A stretch of 64,000 bases of DNA from Octopus sinensis (Eukaryota), in the NCBI RefSeq assembly GCF_006345805.1, contig NC_043016.1:26722001-26786000 (forward strand), written 5' to 3'. The notes under the pieces are model-generated. The model was not told the origin of the DNA. It did no database searches and worked only from the letters and a program-made list of their open reading frames with translations. Made by a program: the position numbers and the translations under genes. This document shows positions 13,735 through 23,520 of this stretch, in pieces. Positions within the stretch are counted from its first letter, which is position 1. Each line of letters starts with the position of its first letter.

Positions 13735-14200
13735 TCATCATCATCATCATTGTTTAACGTCTGCTTTCCATGCTAGCATGGGTTGGATGGATTGACTGAG
13801 ATCTGGTGAACCAGATGGCTGCACCTGACTCCAATCTGATCTGGCAGAGTTTCTACAGCTGGATGCTCTTCCTAACGCCAACCACTCCGAGAGTGTAGTG
13901 GCTGCTTTTACGTGCCACCGGCATGAGGGCCAGTTAGGTGGTACTGGCAATGGTCACACTCAAATGGTGCTTTTTATGTCCCACCTGCACAGGAGCCAGT
14001 CCAGCGGCACTGGCAATGACCTTGCTCGAATGTTTTTTTTCACGTGCCACCAGCACAAGTGCTAGTAAGGTGATGCAGGTAATCATCACGCTCGAATGGT
14101 ATTTTTAATGTGCCATTGGCACAGAGGCCAGCTAGTTGCTCTGGCAACAATCTCTCTTGTATGGTACACTTAGCGCTCCACTAGCAACGGATGCCAGTCA
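13735..14200 (-). mobile_element. RTE LINE 3' UTR fragment
   Basis: (CAT)n tail at 13735, shared terminus and several GTGCC/GGCAC units. Confidence 0.88.
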
Positions 14201-14429
14201 TTCTGTAACAGTGGTGTTTCGTAGGTACTATGAATGCCTTTAGTAGTGTCCTTTCTGTTGCAAGATGCATGATTCTAGAACATTTAGGATATTTAGAATG
14301 TTTGCAACAGAAAGGACACTACTAAAGGCATTCAAAGTGCCTACTAAATGCCACTGTTATGTAATATTCGTAAGTGACATAAAATCACTCTATATCATGA
14401 TTATTAGAATTTTCTAAATATTCTTTTCT

Positions 14430-16143
14430 AAGTTCCAGGTGTGGAAGGAGGGTTTAGAATCAAGGGGCCTTAGAGTCAACCTAGCTAAAACCAAAGTACT
14501 AATAAGTAGAAAGGTAGACAATCCACAAATATCTTCAGGAAGATGGCCCTGCTCGATCTGTAGAAAAGGTGTAGGTAGAAACTCTATAAGATGTACCCAG
14601 TGTAAGCTATGGACACATAAGAGGTGCAGCAATGTCAAAGGTAGGCTAACTGGGAAGATAGTTTTTGTATGTGGCAGATGCTCGGGAGCATTAACCTCCG
14701 AAAATCTGCAGAAAACAACTTCCGTCACTTTCCAGGGGAAAAAACTAGAAGTAGTTAATAGCTTCCGTTATCTAGGTGACCAAGTCAGTAGTGGGGGTGG
14801 GTGCGCTGAAAGTGTAACTGCTAGAATAAGAATAGCCTGGGCAAAGTTTAGGGAGCTCTTACCTCTGCTGGTGACTAAAGGCCTCTCGCTCAGAGTAAAA
14901 GGCAGACTGTATGATGCGTGTGTACGAACAGCCATGCTACATGGCAGCGAAACATGGGCCGTGACTGCTGAGGACATGCGTAAGCTCGTGAGAATGAAGC
15001 CAGTATGCTCCGATGGATGTGTAATGTCAGTGTACATACTCGACAGAGCGTTAGCACCTTGAGAGAAATGTTTGTACCTAAGAAGCATCAGTTGTGGTGT
15101 GCAAGAGAGACGATTGCGCTGGTATGGTCATGTGGCGAGAATGGATGAAGATGGGTGTGTGAGAAAGTGCCAATCCCTAGCAGTTGAGGGAACCCGTGGA
15201 AGAGGTAGACCCAGAAAACCTGGGACGAGGTGGTGAAGCACGACCTTCGAACTTTAGGCCTCACTGAGGAAATGACCAGCGACCGAGACCTTTGGAAATA
15301 TTCTGTACGTGAGAAGACCAGGCAGGACAAGTGAGCCCAGCCCACTTATGAATGCCTTTCCTCCCTTGGACGCAAAGACCGGTTGAGGCAAGCGAAGTCG
15401 ATATAGAACCTCACCCGACGACAGACACCCATGCTTGCGAAGACATGTTGGGGCAATCGAAATCGAAACCGAATTGAACCAGCCAGGATCCCTGGCCTGG
15501 TGGTACGTAAAAAGCACTATCCGACTCGTGGCCGTGGCACGTAAAATACTCCAATGCGACCGTACGACAGGCACCCATGCCAACCCCCCTTTGCTTGTGA
15601 AGACATGTTGGGGCAAGCGAAATCGAAATCGAATTGAACCAGCCAGGATCCCTGGTCTGGTGGTACGTAAAAAGCACTATCCGACTCGCGGCCGTGGCAC
15701 GTAAAATACTCCAATGCGACCGTACGACAGGCACCCATGCCACCCCCTTTGCTTGTGAAGACATGTTGGGGCAAGCGAAATCGAAATCGAATTGAACCAG
15801 CCAGGATCCCTGGTCTGGTGGTACGTAAAAAGCACTATCCGACTCGTGGCCGATGCCAGCACCGCCTCGACTGGCTTCCGTGCCGGTGGCACATAAAATA
15901 CACCAATCTGACCGTGGCCGTTGCCAGCCCCGCCTGGCACCTGTGCAGGTGGCATGTAAAAAGCACCCACTACACTCACGGAGTGGTTGGCGTTAGGAAG
16001 GGCATCCAGCTGTAGAAACATTGCCAGATTAGACTGGAGCCTGGTGCAGCCTTCTGGCTTCCCAGAACCCTGGTCGAACCGTCCAACCCATGCTAGCATG
16101 GAGAACGGATGTTAAACGATGATGATGATGATGATGATGATGA
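14430..16143 (+). mobile_element. 5'-truncated RTE LINE (RT C-terminus + expanded 3' UTR)
   Basis: ORF 14439-15062: GRWPCSICRKGVG...RIRIAWAKFRELLPLL...AMLHGSETW; frameshifted LRWYGHVARM; triplicated about 159-bp UTR block; (GAT)n tail. Confidence 0.93.
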
Positions 16144-16333
16144 CTCTAGGCACAAGGTCCGAAATTTTGGGGGAGGAGGCCAGTCGATTAGATCAACCCA
16201 GTACGCAACTGGTACTTAATTTATTGATCTGAAAAGATGAAAAGCAAAGTCGACCTCGGCAGAATTTGAACTCAGAACATAAGACCTCTCAGCATTTTGC
16301 CCAGCATGCTAACATTTCTGCCAGCTCACCACC
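16144..16333 (-). mobile_element. tRNA-derived SINE (family S2), split by the RTE; its tail lies at 14421-14430
   Basis: Core gtcgacctcggcagaatttgaactcagaac is shared with the 18.6-kb and 43.2-kb copies. 9-bp TSD ttctaaata at 14412-14420 and 16334-16342. Confidence 0.75.
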
Positions 16334-17216
16334 TTCTAAATACTTTCATTTGTAAATACTCTAAATGTTCTAGAATCATGCACTGTCTTCCTACCTGACT
16401 AAGGTGAGACCAACACAGGAAGACTATTACTCCCATTTCTGAGCAGGCACTGTTGCTACACTCAATAGCCATCCTAGACCATACTCTGTAAAGTTCACCC
16501 AACTTATTTGCATGAAATCACAAGCCACCTCACTCAAACCTTTGGCCCACAGATGTCCTGTTTCCTTCACTATAATGACCTCTGCTCCTCAGAGCTGACT
16601 GGTCTCATACAACCTTCATTCAAACACTTTTGATTCATTCATCTTTCCTCTTCTAGTTATCCATTATGTATGTATCTACCCCAACTCTGCTCACAGGCCC
16701 TACCCAGACCAGAACATTCAGACCCTTCCATCCAGAACATCTGTCTTCTGGAAATCCACCTCTGCTCGTACTTTTGCTGTACTTGTTAACCTTGCAACTA
16801 AAAATTCAAGAGAAACAATTATTTATGTCAATCTCACCGGTCACAGATGATCTGTGAAGACATAGTCAGTCCTTCTTCCATACTAAACAAATATGAAAAA
16901 ACTGCATCTGGGAACTGTATCTTAGCTTGAAATTTATGACTTGTGTTGAGTAGTGAATGGAAAACAGAAACTAAATGATGATAATAATAAAGGGTTTAAT
17001 TGTAACTAGTCTCAAAAGATCAATCTGGTATATATTTCTGGTGCCTAGGTGGACTGTGTCAATGTAGAATATAGTGTTGTATATAGAAACACAACAGAGA
17101 AGATGAGAAATAAGCCTTCATGAGGCTAAGGCACCAGCCTATCACAGGTTAAGTGGAATGGAGTAATGTAGAATCAAGTGTGGATATATTTTTTTTAAAT
17201 AAAATTATTAAAGTTG

Positions 17217-17243
17217 TTAATAATAATAATAATAATAATGATG

Positions 17244-17297
<54 letters not shown>
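17217..17297. repeat. (AAT)n microsatellite about 25 nt upstream of the last MORN3 acceptor
   Basis: Direct reading. Confidence 0.97.
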
Positions 17298-17322
17298 TTG
17301 TCTGCTTGTTATCCTTTTGCAG

Positions 17323-17391
17323 GTTGAAGTGAAAGATGCAGATACCATTCTTATAGCTTCTGAAAAAAGCTTTCTACCCGAATATGAATAA
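17323..17391 (+). CDS. MORN3: MORN3 terminal coding exon
   Basis: Acceptor tctgcttgttatccttttgcag|. Phase 0 reads VEVKDADTILIASEKSFLPEYE* (TAA 17389-17391), similar in length and character to the human C-terminus (VKILDPDGVLAEA...). Not in the ORF track because it is short. Confidence 0.8.
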   Translation, partial: VEVKDADTILIASEKSFLPEYE

Positions 17392-17503
17392 CACTGAGGA
17401 CATTTTCTTACTTATACTGTAATTTAAACATCACATTAAAACTGCATGTACACATACACACACACATACATACACACTTACACATCTGAATATATAAATA
17501 AGA

Positions 17504-17565
17504 AATAAAAGTACTCAATACAAATGAGTATATATATCTTTATATATATATATATATCTAATAAA
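17504..17565 (+). promoter_or_regulatory. Candidate polyadenylation signals for MORN3
   Basis: AATAAA at 17504-17509 and 17560-17565, 110-170 nt after the stop. The AT-rich context makes chance hits likely. Confidence 0.35.
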
Positions 17566-18108
17566 ACAATGTTTAGTGATCTGCTAAAATGCATGATAAG
17601 TTACCAAACAATTTGGGGCTTAATATTTGATCCACATTATACTCCCATATTCCTAAAACGTATTGTATCAAGTGGCATGAATTTGGATTCAGGTTGTAAT
17701 GTAAAAAAAAAAGGAGCCACATATAGTGGAAATAATAACAGAAAAATAATTATTGGTATTTTTAAGTTTGTCATTACAGTTGTTTAAATGATCCTAACAA
17801 ATCAAACCATATCCTCAGATGAAGTTATTGAAATATTTTCATATCTATCTTGTGTGTGTGTGTGTGTGTGTGTTTGTGCGTGCGTGCATTTATATGTGTA
17901 TGTGTGTGCATTTATATGTGTATATGTATACTCTTTTACTTGTTTCAGTCATATGACTGTGGCCATGCTGGAGCACCGCCTTTAGTCAAGCAAATCGACC
18001 CCATTACTTATTCTTTGTAAGCCTAGTACTTATTCTATCGGTCTCTTTTGCAGAACCGCTAAGTTACGTGGATGTAAATAAATAAATAAATACATACATA
18101 CATACATA

Positions 18109-18155
<47 letters not shown>

Positions 18156-18576
18156 TGTTTACTCTTTAACTAATAAACCCGTGCTTTGAATTCAACACTG
18201 GAAACTTTCAAGACAGCTACATTTGATCCTTGTGCTGTATGCTCTTACTGACTTTTTTGTTTTATCACATATCTTGGTAAAAATACTCAGCTAGAACTCA
18301 AATTAACAGCCAGAGTACTAACAACAAATAAACAACCATCATCATCATTACCACTATTTTACATTGAAAATATTAACAGTTAACACTAATGTATATATTC
18401 TTAGTATGTTACGGAAGATTCAGCTATGAATATCTGACCACTGTTGGTTTTGTGTCTCCAGTGATCATAACGCCAATGTAAGGAGTCTTTGAGACAACAC
18501 AATATTTCGACCTTATTGAGTATCTTGTCACTCAAAGCTACCCTGGCCTGGTGAATCTAGCAAGAGTACAGTATCT

Positions 18577-18804
18577 AAGGCAGCAGGCTGGCAGAAACAT
18601 TAGCATTCCGGGTGAAATGCTTAGCGGTATTTCGTCTGCTGTTACGTTCTGAGTTCAAATTCTGCCGAGGTCGACTTTGCCTTTCATCCTTTCGGGGTCA
18701 ATAAAATAAGTACCAGTTGCACACTGGGATCGATGTAATCGACTTAATCCATTTGTCCTTGTTTGTCACCTTTATGTTTAGCCCCTTCTGGACAATAAAG
18801 AAAT
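18577..18804 (+). mobile_element. tRNA-derived SINE (family S2), full length
   Basis: B-box-like gagttcaaattc; core gaggtcgactttgcctttcatcctttcggggtc; 15-bp TSD aagagtacagtatct at 18562-18576 and 18805-18819. Confidence 0.9.
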
Positions 18805-19583
18805 AAGAGTACAGTATCTTATTTATAGAAATCAGCAAAAAAAAAAAAAAGAATGAGACAACACCCATTGCCTAAATGGAGATGTTCTGTACTGATGAGA
18901 AACAACAGCATTCATATTCACATTCAAATTTGCCAGAACATTTTTGAGAATAAATAGATGTGTTATTGTTTGGATTGTTACTGCTTTGCATACTCTTCAT
19001 ATATTATTGGTTGTTTGGCAAAAATCAGCATGCCTCAGCAATTTCTGTAAGCTAGAGTCTCTTGTTGTTTATAGTGCTCTGTATTATAAACTAGAGCCTG
19101 TGTTGATTTCTGTAAACAAGAGCTTGTACTCTCTTGTTAGATTCATTGAACCAGGGTAGCTTTGACTGAGGAAACATAGAACGGGATTGAAACACCATCT
19201 CAAAGTTCTCTTACATTAATGAATCACACATCATCTTTCAGAGGTTCTCCAATGACAAAATACAACAATGATCTGATATTCATCTTCAAATTTATCTGAA
19301 TGTATTAAGAATGAATAGATATGTTATTGTTAACTGCTAACATTTTCAATGTAAAATGTTATTGAGACATTATATACAACACTTTAAGATTAAAATTGAC
19401 AACAGGTTTGCAAACAGGGCCATTGCTTGCTGGATTACTTCATTATCAATTAAAGTATAGGGTGACTGTCAGAGCTTCTCTATAAAACAAAGTATTTGAA
19501 TCTATTTTTTTACTATTTTTTTTATTTCTATAAGTTCATTTGTTGATTAGTGCAATAAAACAGCAGATTAAACTTCATATATA

Positions 19584-19656
<73 letters not shown>

Positions 19657-19657
<1 letters not shown>

Positions 19658-20293
19658 GGTGCAGAAGTGGGTGTGTGGTAAGAAGTTTGCTTCCCAACCA
19701 CATGGCTCTGGGTTCAGTCCCACTGCGTGGCACCTTGGGCAAGTGCTTCGGGCCGACCAAAGCCTTGTGAGTGGATTTAGTAGATGGAAACTGAAATATA
19801 TATGTATGTATATGTCTGCGTCTATGTTTGTGTCCCCCTGGGGTCGATTTGCTCGACTAAAGGTGGTGCTCCTGCATGGCCACAGTCAAATGACTGAAAA
19901 GAATAAAAGAAAATATACGGCTGCGTGGTAAGTAGCTTGTTTACCGACCACATGGTTCTGGGTTCAGTCCCACTGCATGGCACCTTGGGCAAGTGTCTTC
20001 TACAATAGCCTTGGGTCGACCAAAGGCTTGTGAGTGGATTTGGTAGACGGAAACTGAAAGAAGCCTGTCGTATATATATATGTGTATGTGTATGTGTTTG
20101 TCCCCCTAGCATTGCTTGACAACCGATGCTGGTGTGTTTATGTCCCCGTTACTTAGCGGTTCAGCAAAAAGAGACCGATAGAATAAGTACTGGGCTTACA
20201 AAAGAATAAGTCCCTGGGTTGAGTTGCTCGATTAAAGGCGGTGCTCCAGCATGGCCGCAGTCAAATGACTGAAACAAGAGAAAGAGAAAGAGA
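19657..20293 (+). mobile_element. Two tandem copies of tRNA-derived SINE family S1
   Basis: Head tgtggtaagaag...gggttcagtcccactgc.tggcaccttgggcaagtg, internal TA/TG microsatellite, tail ggcggtgctccagcatggccgcagtcaaatgactgaaac. The first copy is internally deleted. Confidence 0.88.
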
Positions 20294-20303
20294 TAGCTGG
20301 ATA

Positions 20304-20527
20304 TATGAGGGGTTACTGAAAAGTTCCTGGCTTTGGGTCAAAGAAAATACATGAGGATCAGTTGATTATGATTTTATTCTGCATATTATTCCCCTCTCAG
20401 GAAAACTGAAGGACTGCTGCAATATGTGTATGAATCTAGGCCCTGTTAAAGAACTCAGAAGATTGGACCCCTGACTATGCCTTTCATGATACACTTAAAG
20501 CCAGGAATTTTTCAGCACCCACTTGTA
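20304..20527. mobile_element. Mariner-type MITE
   Basis: About 30-bp imperfect TIRs (tgaggggttactgaaaagttcctggcttt / aaagccaggaatttttcagcacccacttg) flanked by TA. Confidence 0.7.
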
Positions 20528-20868
20528 TTTTCCTTTTTTTCCTCAAATTGGTGTATATAGAGTTTAATATATTGCTCTCCACTCCCATTAAATGAAGGGC
20601 TTCTTCATTCTTCTATCTTGAAATTTGCTTGGTGATTTTACTAGTGTTAGTGGTACAAAAAAAAATAAGTACCCACTACACACTGTTAGGCATTTGATGT
20701 TAAGACAGGCATTCAACCTTAGAAAATATGCCAAAACTGACAATGGAGCTCAGTCCATCCCATGTGTGCATGCAACATGGATGTTAAATGATGATAGTGA
20801 TGATGATGATCTCTCTTCCGCCTCCCTACCCCCTCTCTCCTCTCGATATATATATATATATGATATAT

Positions 20869-20914
<46 letters not shown>

Positions 20915-20915
<1 letters not shown>

Positions 20916-21305
20916 GTTTGGATGGTGCTTTTTACGTGACTCCGGCACAGGAATTCCCAGCCAATGCACTATATTCTTGTGCCAGTGGCACATAAAAGGC
21001 ACCATCCGAACGTGGCCGATGCCAGCGCCACCTTGACTGGCTTCCGTGCAGGTGGCATGTAAAAAGCACCAACCGATCGTCACCGTTGCCAGCCTCGCCT
21101 GGCACCTGTGCTGGTGGTACATAAAAAGCACCCACTACACTCACAGAGTGGTTGGCGTTAGGAATGGCATCCAGCTGTAGAAACACTGCCAGATCAGACT
21201 GGAGCCTGGTGCAGCCTTCTGGCTTCCCAGACCCTGGTTGAACCGTCCAACCCATGCTAGCATGGAAAATGGACGTTAAACGATGATGATGATGATGATG
21301 ATGAT
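20915..21305 (+). mobile_element. RTE 3' UTR fragment with inverted 5' junction
   Basis: Shared terminus and (GAT)n tail. 20915-20952 is an inverted copy of 20975-21012. Preceded by (TA)n. Confidence 0.85.
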
Positions 21306-22235
21306 ATATCATATGTAGATTATCTCTACAGATTTTCTATAGAAATTATAGTCAGCACTGATTTATTATAATGTTTCATATGCAAATATGTATACACAAA
21401 CAATGCAATCAAAGATAGAAAAATAAGTAATGGATGTAATATGCAGGCACGATCCCAGGAATTTTTTGAAGGAAAGGCACAAGGCCAGAAGGGAATACGA
21501 TTCCAGGAGAAAAGGGCATTATAACATTATTTAGAAGGGTGCACTTCTTTTCTTGTGTGGGGCACATAGCCCTCAGTCCCCTACCTACTCCTTGGGTCCA
21601 TCCAATATGCATATGATTTAGGAGTTCTTGCTCCTTCTTTAGCACCACATCCAACCCATTAACTATCCATGAACTCATTGCTTAAATAGCCACTAAATAT
21701 AGCAGTGTAACATTATTGGATTTACCAATTTTGCATGTTAAACACATTTCTGGCAGCTGGTACATACTTATTAATTACTTGTAGGGACACTGTATTTTGT
21801 TGTGCAACCAGTTTTCTTTCCACTTACACTCTACATCTGATTCCTTTTATAACCAGTTTTCCTCTCAGTTCATTTGTGTTCTATTGTTCATACACACTAA
21901 CATTACACATCCAACAGAGCATACTCACCTCATTTCTTTCCAGCTTTTCGCATATCATTTGCATCCAGTGACCGTGTTTCTTTACTATGCAACATAACAC
22001 TTTATACACAAATGTCATGCAATCTACCTTTCACTCAGAAAATGAATCCTTTTCTTGGTGGCAGAAGTAATAACTCTCAAAATTATTTCCATTTCCCATT
22101 CTTAATCTATTTATCATACTTTTGGAGCTCCCACATCCAATATTAATTAGGTCCCCTATGTAGCAGAAGTTAACATCAACTTCTATGAAACCCTATTTTT
22201 GAAAGGATTTATTTCATAGATTCTCAACATCTTCC

Positions 22236-22650
22236 AGGTGCAGGCATGGCTGTGTGGTAAGAAGCTTGCTTCCCAACCACATGGTTCCGGGTTCAGTCCA
22301 ACTGCATGGCATCTTGGGCAAATGTATTCTACTGTAGCCTCAGGCCAACTAAAGCCTTATGAGTGGATTTGGTAGATGGAAACTGAAAGAAGCTTGTGGT
22401 ATATATATATATGCATATACTTATGTGTTTGTGTCTGTTTGTCCCTCCTTCCACCATCGTTTGACAACTGATGTTGGTGTGTTTATGTCCCTGTAACTTA
22501 GTGGTTCAACACATAGAATAAGCAATATTCTATCAACCGATAGAATAAGCACCAAGCTTACAAAGAATAAGTCCAGGGGTCGATTTCTCCAACTAAAAAG
22601 CAGTGCTGCAGCATGGCCACAGTCAAATGGCTGAAACAAATAAAAGAATA
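22236..22650 (+). mobile_element. tRNA-derived SINE family S1, full length
   Basis: A-box-like tggctgtgtgg, B-box-like gggttcagtcc, internal (TA)n and S1 tail. Other partial S1 copies lie at about 7790, 9690, 17930, 31000, 32440-32990, 41960, 44710 and 53405. Confidence 0.88.
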
Positions 22651-23269
22651 TACAAAGTCTTCCCTCACTGTCAGCTTGCCTATGACTTCACTATACCATT
22701 TTTGTTCATCCACAATCTATTGAGTATGCTATATGGAAATTCCTGTCTATATTTTGCATATTGAACATAGCCAATTTCCAGATGATAGCATGTGAACTAA
22801 AACTCTTGGGTTTATAGGTTTACTTTAAAGCCTTCCAATTCTAGGCTATTTGGAAATTTCTTCACTAAGACTTTCACAGATTCAGCTATGAGAACTAGAT
22901 TATTGACATAGAAGTTCTATAGACAGCTGGACTTAAGCTCCTCCCTTGTGTCCTGGAATACTGTAATAAATAAGCAGAAGAGAGTCTGAGAATTAGTGAG
23001 ATAATGGCTGATGTGCCAGAAGTGAAGGAGGAATAGATGTCAGGGAACAAAGTGGGGTATTCAAGTAACCTCCTTTTTTTGGATAAGCAGCTGTTGAGAA
23101 CAGATACATAGACAGGGTCTGGGTGTATACTATATTCTGGCCACCAGGCAGGGTATAGAAAGTGTCTTGGGGTCGCACAAGTTCCTGTTGAGTTTGAGTT
23201 GTTTCTTTTAGGAGTTGGTTGCCAACTCAAGGCAGGAGACCTTTTTACCATTTTTCATTCTTTGAAATT

Positions 23270-23520
23270 GGGCCATGATGACACTCACCCATATGCTAAA
23301 TTCCTTGCTTAGCTTGTTGCTAATTTTCACCTTGATGACAGCATTTCTATACATGGTTTGCACTGTTCTCAAAAGCAATTCATTTAAACAAGTTTTTAGA
23401 TACTCACCACTACAGAATGTAGTATTCTGTTAAAAACCATTGCCAGATCAACAAGCTCAATCATGGAATTGTGTTTACAAGTATTTCTATTCACAAAATA
23501 AATTTATAGACATTTTTTTT
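23270..23520 (-). mobile_element. Old RTE RT fragment
   Basis: Minus strand reads LLLRTVQTMYRNAVIKVKISN, a diverged form of WLVRAVQAMYRDAASKVRVG in the young copies. Similar old pieces lie at about 24780-24990 (+) and 54130-54620 (+). Confidence 0.55.

Larger units (their letters stand above)
13591..16440. repeat. Foldback (palindromic) element interrupted by RTE and SINE insertions
   Basis: 13591-13730 is inverted relative to 14385-14420 plus 16343-16440. Inner arms 14206-14263 and 14302-14359 form a 58-bp stem with a 38-nt loop. Confidence 0.65.

Noticed and set aside
15254-16099. Clusters of 85-140-aa ORFs in RTE UTRs (also at 21, 35, 46, 57.5 and 61 kb)
   Set aside because: They are recurrent translations of the same GC-rich, stop-poor repeat.
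22895-23251. 118-aa minus-strand ORF
   Set aside because: Only a faint resemblance to a CR1-type endonuclease end (YPTLFPD), with no splice or family support.
23280-23410. Two minus-strand gtgagt donor-like sites
   Set aside because: They lie inside an old RTE RT fragment, and no open exon with an acceptor is present.
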